Shown here: one piece after another, positions 15,639 through 24,646 of the stretch
Position numbering within the stretch: position 1 is the stretch's first letter
Layout: each line of letters starts with the position of its first letter
IMG/VR virus record: IMGVR_UViG_2541047928_000009
Span: 1 to 37,215 of that record
Source of the DNA: a virus
Lineage: Duplodnaviria > Heunggongvirae > Uroviricota > Caudoviricetes
Length of the DNA: 37,215 bases
Reading direction: 5' to 3' (one strand)
Program-made: the position numbers and the translations under genes
Notes under the pieces: model-generated
Told to the model about the DNA's origin: nothing
Seen by the model: only the letters and a program-made list of their open reading frames with translations
The model's database searches: none

Positions 15639-17740
15639 TGCTGAATCAGGAAACCGCAAAGGCAGCACGAACCGATTCAGGTTATATCCTTCGCGCACCG
15701 AGACGAATGCGGGTTGCTGATGCCGTTGCTCAGTATATGCGGGTGCCCATGGGGGCAGGGAACTCAGTCCCGTGGGATCCGCTGGTGGCACCGTATGTTA
15801 TTGAGCCGATGAACTGCCTGGCCTCGCGTGAATACGACGCAGTGATATTTGTTGGCCCGGCACGAACCGGCAAGACTATCGGCCTGATTGACGGCTGGGT
15901 GATTTACAACGTGATTTGCGATCCTGCTGATATGCTGATCATTCAGATGACGGAGGAAAAAGCCCGCGAACACTCCAAAAAACGACTCGCCAGAACGTTT
16001 CGCGTCAGCCCGGAAGTGGTCAGTCGCCTGAGTCCGAACAAAAATGACAACAACGTTTATGACAGAACATTCCTTGCTGGTAACTACCTGAAAATCGGCT
16101 GGCCGTCAGTCAATATCATGTCCTCATCAGATTATAAATGCGTCGCGCTGACGGATTATGACCGTTTTCCGGAAGATATTGATGGCGAGGGGGATGCTTT
16201 CTCTCTTGCCTCAAAACGTACCACCACATTTATGTCCAGTGGTATGACGCTGGTGGAGAGTTCCCCCGGCAGGGATGTGAAGGATGTGAAATGGCGACGG
16301 ACTTCACCGCATGAGGCTCCACCAACCACGGGGATCCTGTCGCTCTATAACCGTGGTGATCGCCGTCGCTGGTACTGGCCCTGTCCACACTGTGGTGAGT
16401 ATTTTCAGCCCTGCGGCGATGTGGTTGCTGGTTTCCGTGATATTGCCGATCCCGTGCTGGCAAGTGAGGCGGCTTATATTCAGTGTCCTTCCTGTTCAGG
16501 ACGGATTATGCCTGAACAAAAACGTGAGCTGAACGGACGTGGGGTCTGGTTGCGGGATGGTGAATCCATCAATGCGGATGGCAGTCGTTATGGTGATCCC
16601 CGACGCTCACGTATTGCGTCATTCTGGATGGAGGGTCCGGCAGCTGCTTACCAGACACTCTCGCAACTCGTTTACAAACTGCTTACTGCAGAACAGGAAT
16701 ACGAGACAACCGGAAGTGAAGAAACACTCAAGACGGTTATCAATACCGACTGGGGATTACCTTATCTTCCCCGCGCCAGCATGGAGCAACGAAAAAGTGA
16801 ACTGCTTGAGCAGCGGGCAGAGCCAGTTCCTTCCCGCAGTGTGCCGGATGGCGTTAATTTCCTTGTGGCGACAGTGGATGTGCAGGCGGGACGTCATCGC
16901 CGTTTTGTGGTTCAGGTAACGGGCTATGGCAGCCGTGGCGAACGCTGGATTATTGATCGTTACAACATCACGCAGTCATTGCGCGGTGACAGTGACGGGG
17001 AGAGCCAGCGAATTGATCCGGCCAGCTATCCGGAAGACTGGGATGTCCTGCTGACGGATGTTTTTCATAAAAGCTGGCCGCTGGCCTCCGATCCTTCTCA
17101 ACAAATGCGACTGATGGCAATGGCGGTGGACTCCGGCGGTGAAGACGGGGTCACTGATAATGCCTATAAATTCTGGCGTCGTTGCCGTCGTGATGGCCTT
17201 GGTAAACGTATTTACCTGTTTAAGGGCGACAGCATCCGGCGCGCAAAACTGATCACCCGTACATTCCCTGATAACACCGGACGAACGGGCCGACGGGCGC
17301 AGGCCGCAGGTGATGTGCCGCTCTGGCTTCTTCAGACGGATGCACTGAAAGACCGGGTGAATAACGCGTTATGGCGTGACTCGCCAGGTCCCGGCTATGT
17401 GCATTTCCCTGACTGGCTGGGGAGCTGGTTTTACGACGAACTGACGTATGAAGAGCGGAGCAGTGACGGGAAATGGAGTAAGCCGGGTCGCGGTGCCAAC
17501 GAAGCTTTTGACCTGATGGTGTATGCCGATGCTCTGGTCATTCTGCATGGATACGAAAAGATCCGCTGGCCGGATGCACCGGAGTGGGCGAGCCGGGAAA
17601 CCTGGCTGGAGTGTGTCCAGGACAGTACCGAACCGTCATCCTCACCGGAACCGGTATCCACGCCTGTTAAAAAACAAAAACGGAAGAAAACAGTAACTGA
17701 CGATGTTAACCCCTGGCTGACTTCCGGAGGATGGTTATGA
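15638..17740 (+). CDS. Terminase large subunit (lambda gpA-like ATPase/endonuclease)
   Basis: 700 aa; Walker A-like VGPARTGKT; CPHCGEYFQPCGD zinc-ribbon-like motif comparable to the lambda gpA ACPHCGEEQYLKFGD. Confidence 0.85.
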   Translation: MLNQETAKAARTDSGYILRAPRRMRVADAVAQYMRVPMGAGNSVPWDPLVAPYVIEPMNCLASREYDAVIFVGPARTGKTIGLIDGWVIYNVICDPADMLIIQMTEEKAREHSKKRLARTFRVSPEVVSRLSPNKNDNNVYDRTFLAGNYLKIGWPSVNIMSSSDYKCVALTDYDRFPEDIDGEGDAFSLASKRTTTFMSSGMTLVESSPGRDVKDVKWRRTSPHEAPPTTGILSLYNRGDRRRWYWPCPHCGEYFQPCGDVVAGFRDIADPVLASEAAYIQCPSCSGRIMPEQKRELNGRGVWLRDGESINADGSRYGDPRRSRIASFWMEGPAAAYQTLSQLVYKLLTAEQEYETTGSEETLKTVINTDWGLPYLPRASMEQRKSELLEQRAEPVPSRSVPDGVNFLVATVDVQAGRHRRFVVQVTGYGSRGERWIIDRYNITQSLRGDSDGESQRIDPASYPEDWDVLLTDVFHKSWPLASDPSQQMRLMAMAVDSGGEDGVTDNAYKFWRRCRRDGLGKRIYLFKGDSIRRAKLITRTFPDNTGRTGRRAQAAGDVPLWLLQTDALKDRVNNALWRDSPGPGYVHFPDWLGSWFYDELTYEERSSDGKWSKPGRGANEAFDLMVYADALVILHGYEKIRWPDAPEWASRETWLECVQDSTEPSSSPEPVSTPVKKQKRKKTVTDDVNPWLTSGGWL

Positions 17741-17949
17741 ACCAGAATGATATCGAAGCCATGATTCAGCGTTATATGGAAGCTGAAATGGCGGTGCTGG
17801 ACGGAAAATCCGTCACCTTTAATGGTCAGCAGATGACCATGGAAAACTTATCTGAGATCCGGCAGGGACGGCAGGAGTGGGAGCGCCGCCTTGCGGCTCT
17901 GATTACACGACGACGGGGGCATCCCGGGTACCGGCTGGCGAGGTTCTGA
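17737..17949 (+). CDS. Head-tail connector protein gpW-like
   Basis: About 70 aa; C-terminal ITRRRGHPGY resembles lambda gpW ...TQRRRGPAGF; ATGA overlap with the terminase stop. Confidence 0.6.
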   Translation: MNQNDIEAMIQRYMEAEMAVLDGKSVTFNGQQMTMENLSEIRQGRQEWERRLAALITRRRGHPGYRLARF

Positions 17950-19457
17950 TGGCAATTCTTGATGATGTGATTGGCGTTTTTTCACCTGGATGGAAAGCGG
18001 CAAGGCTGCGTTCCCGTGCGGTGATCCAGGCTTATGAAGCCGTAAAAACGACGCGGACACACAAAGCCCGACGGGAGAACCGAACTGCCGACCAGCTAAG
18101 CCAGTACGGGGCCGTGTCGTTACGTGAGCAGGCCCGTTACCTTGATAACAACCACGATCTGGTTATTGGTGTATTTGACAAGCTGGAAGAACGGGTGGTG
18201 GGGAAAAACGGGATTATTGTCGAGCCACATCCGGTATTACGCAATGGGGCCATTGCCCGTGATCTGGCAGCGGAGATTCGCACCCGATGGAGTGAATGGT
18301 CTGTCAGCCCGGAAGTCACCGGGCAGTTTACCCGTCCGATGCTGGAACGTCTGATGCTGCGTACCTGGCTGCGCGATGGTGAGGTGTTTGCCCAGATGGT
18401 TTCCGGGCGCATAAACAGCCTGACGCCTTCTGCCGGTGTTCATTTCTGGCTGGAGGCGCTCGAGCCGGACTTTATTCCCATGACCAGTGATGAGAGCAAC
18501 AGGCTGAATCAGGGCGTGTTTGTTGATGACTGGGGGCGTCCCGAAAAATATCTGGTGTATAAAAGCCGTCCCGTATCCGGACGGCAGATGGAAACCAAAG
18601 AAGTGGATGCAGAGCGAATGCTGCATCTTAAATTTGTTCGCCGTCTGCACCAGATACGCGGGACGTCTTTGTTGTCCGGTGTGCTGATCCGCCTCAGTGC
18701 CCTGAAAGATTATGAAGATTATGAGCTGACTGCAGCAAGGATCGCCGCTGCTCTGGGGATGTACATCCGCAAAGGCGACGGGCAGAGCTATGAACCGGAT
18801 GGTAATGGCAGCAAGGATAAGGAACGCGAGCTTACCATTCAGCCAGGCATTATTTACGACGATCTGAAACCCGGCGAAGAAATCGGAATGGTGAAGTCGG
18901 ATCGCCCCAATCCTAACCTTGAAACTTTTCGTAATGGTCAGTTGCGTGCCGTGGCGGCGGGCAGTCGTCTGAGTTTTTCCAGTACAGCGCGCAACTATAA
19001 CGGCACTTACAGCGCCCAGCGCCAGGAGCTGGTTGAATCTACTGATGGCTACCTGATCCTGCAGGACTGGTTTATTGGTGCCGTCACCCGCCCGATGTAT
19101 CGTGCCTGGCTGAAACAGGCTGTGGCATCCGGTGTTATCAGGCTACCCCGCGATCTTGACCGTTCTTCACTGTATACCGCGGTGTATTCCGGACCAGTGA
19201 TGCCGTGGATTGACCCTGTTAAGGAGGCTGAGGCCTGGAAAATCCAGATTCGTGGTGGAGCGGCGACAGAATCAGACTGGGTACGTGCTGGTGGTCGTAA
19301 TCCGGATGATGTCAAACGTCGGCGCAAGGCCGAAATTGATGAAAACCGCAAGCTGGATCTGGTATTTGATACCGATCCGGCCAGTGATAAAGGAGGCAGC
19401 AGTGCCGCAACGAAACGACAGGAGCCGCAGCACACCGACGACCAGTCCGAAGAATAA
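17949..19457 (+). CDS. Portal protein (lambda gpB-like family)
   Basis: About 500 aa, immediately after terminase and W; start at the ATG at 17949 (TGATG overlap); size and position typical. Confidence 0.8.
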   Translation: MAILDDVIGVFSPGWKAARLRSRAVIQAYEAVKTTRTHKARRENRTADQLSQYGAVSLREQARYLDNNHDLVIGVFDKLEERVVGKNGIIVEPHPVLRNGAIARDLAAEIRTRWSEWSVSPEVTGQFTRPMLERLMLRTWLRDGEVFAQMVSGRINSLTPSAGVHFWLEALEPDFIPMTSDESNRLNQGVFVDDWGRPEKYLVYKSRPVSGRQMETKEVDAERMLHLKFVRRLHQIRGTSLLSGVLIRLSALKDYEDYELTAARIAAALGMYIRKGDGQSYEPDGNGSKDKERELTIQPGIIYDDLKPGEEIGMVKSDRPNPNLETFRNGQLRAVAAGSRLSFSSTARNYNGTYSAQRQELVESTDGYLILQDWFIGAVTRPMYRAWLKQAVASGVIRLPRDLDRSSLYTAVYSGPVMPWIDPVKEAEAWKIQIRGGAATESDWVRAGGRNPDDVKRRRKAEIDENRKLDLVFDTDPASDKGGSSAATKRQEPQHTDDQSEE

Positions 19458-19470
19458 TTCCTGGTTCAGG

Positions 19471-21429
19471 ATGCAGGCTGGTCACCAGAGTGACGCGGAT
19501 ATTTATATTTATGACGAGATTGGTTTCTGGGGTGTTACAGCGAAGCAGTTTATCAGTGATCTGAATGCACTGGGCGATATCACCCACATTAATCTCCATA
19601 TCAATTCACCGGGTGGCGATGTCTTTGAAGGCATCGCCATTTTTAATGCGCTGAAAACACATGGTGCGTCCATTACCGTTTATGTCGACGGTGTGGCGGC
19701 GTCAATGGCGTCGGTCATTGCGATGGTGGGAAACCCGGTCATTATGCCGGAAAACACCTTCATGATGATTCATAAACCATTTGGCTTTACGGGCGGTGAT
19801 GCGGAGGACATGCGCACCTATGCCGACCTGCTCGATAATGTTGAGGCGGTTCTGTTACCCGCTTATGCACAGAAAACCGGGAAAACCACCGATGAAATTG
19901 CTGCCATGCTGGCGGATGAGACCTGGATGTCCGGTGCCGAATGTCTGGCACATGGATTTGCTGATCAGGTGACGCCAGCCGTTAAGGCAATGGCATGTAT
20001 TCAGTCAAAACGTACAGAGGAATTTAAAAAGATGCCGGAATCCATTCGAAACATGATTACTCCGCCACGCAACAGTGCTCCACGCGTACAGGATGATGAA
20101 CCTGCAGCCTCCCGGACGCCAGTGCAGGCAGCAGCACCCGTGGTGGATGAAAACAGTATCCGTGCGCAGGTACTGGCAGAGCAAAAAGCGCGTGTAAACG
20201 GTATTAATGATCTGTTTGCCATGTTTGGCGGGCGTTATCAGACGCTGCAGGCTCAGTGTCTTGCCGATCCTGAATGTTCGCTGGAGCAGGCCCGCGAAAA
20301 GCTGTTGAACGAGATGGGGCGCGAGTCCACGCCATCCAATAAAAATACACCGGCTCATATTTATGCCGGTAACGGTAATTTTGTGGGGGACGGGATCCGC
20401 CAGGCGCTGATGGCGCGTGCCGGATTTGAAAAAACCGAACGTGATAATGTCTACAACGGGATGACCCTGCGTGAATATGCCCGTATGTCACTGACTGAAC
20501 GGGGTATTGGGGTTTCCAGTTATAACCCGATGCAGATGGTCGGTGCGGCGTTCACACACAGTACGTCTGACTTCGGTAATATTCTGCTGGATGTTGCGAA
20601 CAAAGCCATTCTGCAGGGCTGGGAAGATGCTCCTGAAACCTATGAACAGTGGACGCGGAAAGGTCAGTTGTCTGATTTTAAAATTGCCCATCGTGTGGGT
20701 ATGGGGGGCTTCAGTGCTCTGCGTCAGGTGCGTGAAGGGGCGGAATATAAATACGTCACCACCGGAGATAAACAGGCCACTATTGCACTGGCGACCTATG
20801 GCGAGCTGTTCAGTATCACCCGTCAGGCCATTATCAATGATGATCTGAATATGCTGACCGATGTCCCGATGAAACTGGGCCGTGCGGCGAAATCCACTAT
20901 TGCCGATCTGGTTTATGCCATTCTGACGTCTAACCCGAAAATCTCCACAGATAATGTAAGTCTGTTCGATAAAGCGAAACATGCAAACGTACTGGAGAGC
21001 GCTGCAATGGACGTGGCATCGCTGGATAAAGCCCGCCAGTTGATGCGCGTTCAGAAAGAGGGGGAGCGTCATCTGAATATTCGTCCTGCGTTCGTACTGG
21101 TACCGACGGCGATGGAGTCTGTTGCTAACCAGGTCATTCGCTCCTCAAGTGTCAAGGGGGCTGACATTAACGCCGGTATTATTAACCCGGTGAAAGATTT
21201 TGCGACCGTTATTGCAGAGCCTCGTCTTGATGATAACAGCCAGACCACCTTCTACCTGGCTGCGTCAAAAGGCTCCGATACGATTGAAGTGGCTTATCTC
21301 AACGGTGTGGATACGCCATATATTGATCAGATGGAGGGCTTCAGTGTGGATGGCGTGACAACGAAAGTGCGTATTGACGCCGGTGTCGCGCCAGTTGATC
21401 ACCGCGGTCTGGTGAAATGTACGGCGTAA
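19471..21429 (+). CDS. Fused prohead protease (ClpP/S49-like), scaffold and major capsid protein in a single ORF
   Basis: N-terminal ClpP-like region (INSPGGDVFEGIAIFNALKTHGASITVYVDGVAASMASVIAM...); a central Ala/Gln-rich linker; a C-terminal about 300 aa region with HK97-fold capsid-like character; single uninterrupted frame of 652 aa. Confidence 0.75.
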   Translation: MQAGHQSDADIYIYDEIGFWGVTAKQFISDLNALGDITHINLHINSPGGDVFEGIAIFNALKTHGASITVYVDGVAASMASVIAMVGNPVIMPENTFMMIHKPFGFTGGDAEDMRTYADLLDNVEAVLLPAYAQKTGKTTDEIAAMLADETWMSGAECLAHGFADQVTPAVKAMACIQSKRTEEFKKMPESIRNMITPPRNSAPRVQDDEPAASRTPVQAAAPVVDENSIRAQVLAEQKARVNGINDLFAMFGGRYQTLQAQCLADPECSLEQAREKLLNEMGRESTPSNKNTPAHIYAGNGNFVGDGIRQALMARAGFEKTERDNVYNGMTLREYARMSLTERGIGVSSYNPMQMVGAAFTHSTSDFGNILLDVANKAILQGWEDAPETYEQWTRKGQLSDFKIAHRVGMGGFSALRQVREGAEYKYVTTGDKQATIALATYGELFSITRQAIINDDLNMLTDVPMKLGRAAKSTIADLVYAILTSNPKISTDNVSLFDKAKHANVLESAAMDVASLDKARQLMRVQKEGERHLNIRPAFVLVPTAMESVANQVIRSSSVKGADINAGIINPVKDFATVIAEPRLDDNSQTTFYLAASKGSDTIEVAYLNGVDTPYIDQMEGFSVDGVTTKVRIDAGVAPVDHRGLVKCTA

Positions 21430-21452
21430 ACGTCGCAGACAACAACTCTGAT

Positions 21453-21472
21453 GGCCCGTAAGGGCTTTTTTT
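21453..21472 (+). terminator. Terminator-like hairpin plus T7 run after the capsid gene
   Basis: GCCC-GTAA-GGGC followed by TTTTTTT; a second strong hairpin CAGCCCC-tgaa-CGGGGCTG lies at 21482-21500. Confidence 0.45.
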
Positions 21473-21515
21473 GTACCTGAAATCAGCCCCTGAACGGGGC
21501 TGTGCGGAGACAGTT

Positions 21516-21839
21516 ATGGCAAAGAATTTTGTAGAAGAAGGAAAAACGGTGGCGATTGTTGCCAGTGCAGCCATCAGCAGCGGAGATCTGGTGCAGGTGG
21601 GTGATGTTTTTGCGGTGGCGCTGACCGATATTCCACAGGGTGAAACAGGCGACGGCATGACCGAAGGTGTGTTTATGCTGCCTAAGCTGAAAACGGATGA
21701 TATGAAAACGGGTAAGAAGGTTTATCTGAAGTCCGGAAAAGTTCAGCTGACTAACAGCGGCTCTGATCCGCTGGTCGGGGTTGTCTGGGCAGATGCCGGA
21801 ACCAGTGCAGAAGAAGTGCCGGTAAAACTCAATGTCTGA
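21516..21839 (+). CDS. Head decoration / capsid cement-like protein (107 aa)
   Basis: ATG at 21516 with a GGAGA RBS; small Gly/Val-rich protein immediately after the capsid gene. Confidence 0.5.
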   Translation: MAKNFVEEGKTVAIVASAAISSGDLVQVGDVFAVALTDIPQGETGDGMTEGVFMLPKLKTDDMKTGKKVYLKSGKVQLTNSGSDPLVGVVWADAGTSAEEVPVKLNV

Positions 21840-22107
21840 TCCCTTTTCCCGGCTGGCAGCGCGTATGGATGCGATCACGGTCAGAAAGATGGGAAAGACA
21901 GCCTCGATTAATGATGTCGATATGACTGTGATCCCGGGAGAAACACTGGCAGAGCTGAATGCTCTGTCCGGACCTGCGGTCTCTCTGGTGGTGTTTTCTT
22001 CGGGATACCGCCCACGGCGCGGGGATCGCGTTGTTTATGACGGACAACAATGGACGGTCACACGGCATGAACGCTTTAACGGTAAACCAATGATCTTTAT
22101 TGAGTAA
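21832..22107 (+). CDS. Head-tail joining protein (gpFII-like)
   Basis: C-terminal region RRGDRVVYDGQQWTVTRHERFNG resembles lambda FII RRGDTLTIGEENFWVDRVSPDDGG. Confidence 0.55.
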   Translation: MSDPFSRLAARMDAITVRKMGKTASINDVDMTVIPGETLAELNALSGPAVSLVVFSSGYRPRRGDRVVYDGQQWTVTRHERFNGKPMIFIE

Positions 22108-22118
22108 AGAGGTGTGGG

Positions 22119-22709
22119 ATGAAGGGGCTTGAGAATGCCATCCGCAATCTGAACAGCCTTGATACCCGTATGGTGCCACAGGCCAGCGCATGGGCGATAA
22201 ACCGTGTGGCACAGAAAGCGGTCTCGGTTGCCACCCGGCAGGTTGCCGGGAATACCGTTGCGGGAGATAACCAAGTGAAAGGGATCCCCCTGAAACTGGT
22301 ACGTCAGCGTGTCCGGGTGTTTAAAGCCAGTCCGTCAGGAAAAATGACGGCCAGGATCCGCGTTAACCGGGGCAATCTGCCCGCCATCAAACTGAACACA
22401 ACACGGCGGCGTGCTGGTGAAGGACTGAGAGTGGGAAAATACTTTTTCCGGGGGGCATTTGTTCAGCAACTGGCGAATGGCCGCTGGCATGTTCTGAGGC
22501 GTCTTCCTGAAGCGCGTTTTGCAACAGGGCATGACCATCAGGGCAGGCCAAGAAAAAATCGTCTTCCTGTGGAGGTAGTGAAAATCCCGCTGTCCGGACC
22601 GCTGACACAGGCATTTGAAGATGCCCGCGACCGCATCATTGCTGCGGAAATGCCGAAACAGCTGGGGTATGCACTGAAACAACAACTGAGATTATGGCTG
22701 ACCCGATGA
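22119..22709 (+). CDS. Z: Minor tail protein Z-like
   Basis: 196 aa beginning MKGLENAIRNLNSL..., located upstream of U; Z-family by position and N-terminal similarity as recalled. Confidence 0.6.
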   Translation: MKGLENAIRNLNSLDTRMVPQASAWAINRVAQKAVSVATRQVAGNTVAGDNQVKGIPLKLVRQRVRVFKASPSGKMTARIRVNRGNLPAIKLNTTRRRAGEGLRVGKYFFRGAFVQQLANGRWHVLRRLPEARFATGHDHQGRPRKNRLPVEVVKIPLSGPLTQAFEDARDRIIAAEMPKQLGYALKQQLRLWLTR

Positions 22710-23107
22710 ACCGACATACACAAATCCGCCAGGTCGTACTGGCACGCCTTCGGGAACAGTGTGGAGACAGCGCCACGTTTTTTGACGGGCTTCCGGCATT
22801 TATTGATGCGCAGGAACTGCCTGCCGTGGCGGTGTGGCTGAGTGATGCTCAGTACACCGGAAAAATGACGGATGAAGATGACTGGCAGGCTGTTCTGCAT
22901 ATTGCTGTCTTCATCCGGGCACAGGCACCGGATTCAGAGCTGGATATGTGGATGGAGAGCACCATTTTCCCGGCCCTGAATGATGTACCGGCACTTTCCG
23001 GACTCATCGACACCCTGATCCCACTCGGTTTTAACTATCAACGTGATAATGAGATGGCCACCTGGGCGATGGCGGAAATCACGTACCAGATCACGTACAC
23101 GAATTAA
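22706..23107 (+). CDS. U: Tail terminator protein U
   Basis: GDSATFFDGLPAFIDAQELPAVAVWLSDAQYTG...AVLHIAVFIRAQAPDSELDMWMESTIFPALNDVPALSGLI matches lambda gpU as I recall it; start at the ATG at 22706 (ATGA overlap) or at 22694. Confidence 0.85.
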   Translation: MNRHTQIRQVVLARLREQCGDSATFFDGLPAFIDAQELPAVAVWLSDAQYTGKMTDEDDWQAVLHIAVFIRAQAPDSELDMWMESTIFPALNDVPALSGLIDTLIPLGFNYQRDNEMATWAMAEITYQITYTN

Positions 23108-23117
23108 GGAGGTGGCA

Positions 23118-23861
23118 ATGACCACACCAAATCCACTGGCAAAGACGAAAGGTGCGGGGACGACGTTCTGGATGTATACCGGCAACGGCGACGCATTTGC
23201 GAACCCTTTGTCGGACACTGACTGGCTGCGTCTTGCGATGGTGAAGGATCTGCAACCTGGCGAAATGACCGCTGATGCAGAAGATGATACTTATCTCGAT
23301 GATGAAGATGCAGACTGGAAAACGACAACCCAGGGGCAGAAATCAGTCGGTGATACTTCGGCGACGCTGGCCTGGCGTCCGGGTGACAGCGGGCAGAAAA
23401 AACTGGTTCAGTTGTTCGACTCCGGTGAAGTCTGCGCGTTTCGTATCAAATATCCCAACGGTACTGTTGATGTTTTCCGTGGCTGGCTGAGTTCACTGGG
23501 TAAAACCATTGCCTCAAAAGACGTGATGACCCGCACTGTGAAAATCAGCGGTGTGGGGCGTCCGTATCTGGCAGAGGAAGGCACTGAAACAGTGAGCGTT
23601 ACCGGGCTGACGGTGGCACCGGCATCTGCCAGTGTAAAAGTGGGAGCAACCACCACGCTGACCTTTACAGTAAAACCTGACGGAGCCAGTGACAAAGCGA
23701 TCAGTGTGCATTCGTCAGATCCACAGACTGCCACGGTGACCCTGAACGGGCTTGTAGCCACGGTGAAAGGCGTGAAGCAGGGCAGTGTCAGCATTGTGGG
23801 CATGACCGCTGACGGGAATTTTGTGGCTGTGGCTGCGGTGACTGTCAGCGCCGCAGGTTAA
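23118..23861 (+). CDS. V: Major tail protein V with C-terminal Ig-like domain
   Basis: MTTPNPLAKTKGAGTTFWMYTGNGDAFANPLSDTDWLRLAMVKDLQPGEMTA... closely matches lambda gpV. Confidence 0.9.
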   Translation: MTTPNPLAKTKGAGTTFWMYTGNGDAFANPLSDTDWLRLAMVKDLQPGEMTADAEDDTYLDDEDADWKTTTQGQKSVGDTSATLAWRPGDSGQKKLVQLFDSGEVCAFRIKYPNGTVDVFRGWLSSLGKTIASKDVMTRTVKISGVGRPYLAEEGTETVSVTGLTVAPASASVKVGATTTLTFTVKPDGASDKAISVHSSDPQTATVTLNGLVATVKGVKQGSVSIVGMTADGNFVAVAAVTVSAAG

Positions 23862-23918
23862 CAGGACGATACTTATCATTTGCCCCGGTTATCCGGGGCT
23901 TTTTTGCAGGTGGAGAAC

Positions 23919-24308
23919 ATGATGTTTCTGAAACAGGGCACGTTTAATTATGAAAAACAGTCCGTGGTGCTCAGTGAGCTGTCCGGGCTGCAGAGAATTG
24001 AATATCTGGCGTTTGTTCAGCAGCGAACGGCAAAGTTTGATGCCGGTGAGGGAGAACTGCCGGAGGCTGAACGACAGATTGCTTTTCTGCGGATGGGGAT
24101 GGATATCAATGCCTGGCTGGTTTCCCGCTCACTGTGGAATGCGGATCAGTCTAAGGATGTAGAGACGCTTTGCGCATCCGTTATTACAACATGGTCGTAT
24201 GATGCCCTGGGTGCGGGGGCGGAGATGGTTCTGTCGCTGAGCGGTATGGGGGCCATTGATAATGCCGGGGATGATGAGCATGAGGCGCTGACGCCGGAAA
24301 AGTCATGA
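23919..24308 (+). CDS. G: Tail assembly chaperone G
   Basis: MMFLKQGTFNYEKQSVVLSELSGLQRIEYLAF... resembles lambda gpG (MFLKTESFEHNGVTVTLSELSALQRIEHLAL...). Confidence 0.8.
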   Translation: MMFLKQGTFNYEKQSVVLSELSGLQRIEYLAFVQQRTAKFDAGEGELPEAERQIAFLRMGMDINAWLVSRSLWNADQSKDVETLCASVITTWSYDALGAGAEMVLSLSGMGAIDNAGDDEHEALTPEKS

Positions 24309-24646
24309 CGCGGGAAATGCAGTTTGTCATGCGGCTTGCCCGGGAGTTCCGGCGGGCAGACTGGCGGCGGATGCTGTCGGAAATGTCGGCCACTGAGCTT
24401 GGTGAGTGGGGCGATTATTTCCGGATGCAGAGCTTCAGTGATGTGTGGATGGATGCGCAGTTTGCCTCGCTGAAGGCATTGATCGTGAGAATGGTGTCCG
24501 GCAGCAGTGATGCTGCGGTGGCTGATTTCAGCCTTTTACCGGAAGAGAACGGGATACCGGAGCGAACGGACGAAGAACTGATGCATCTTGGGGAAGGTAT
24601 TTCCGGAGGTGTGCGTTATGGACCAGATAGCCAACCTGGTCATTGA
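24305..24646 (+). CDS. T: T-frame extension of the tail assembly chaperone (expected to be expressed as a G-T fusion by -1 programmed frameshift)
   Basis: ORF in the -1 frame relative to G, overlapping the G stop; candidate slip region CCGGAAAAG at 24294-24302, which is not a canonical X-XXY-YYZ heptamer. Confidence 0.6.
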   Translation: MTREMQFVMRLAREFRRADWRRMLSEMSATELGEWGDYFRMQSFSDVWMDAQFASLKALIVRMVSGSSDAAVADFSLLPEENGIPERTDEELMHLGEGISGGVRYGPDSQPGH

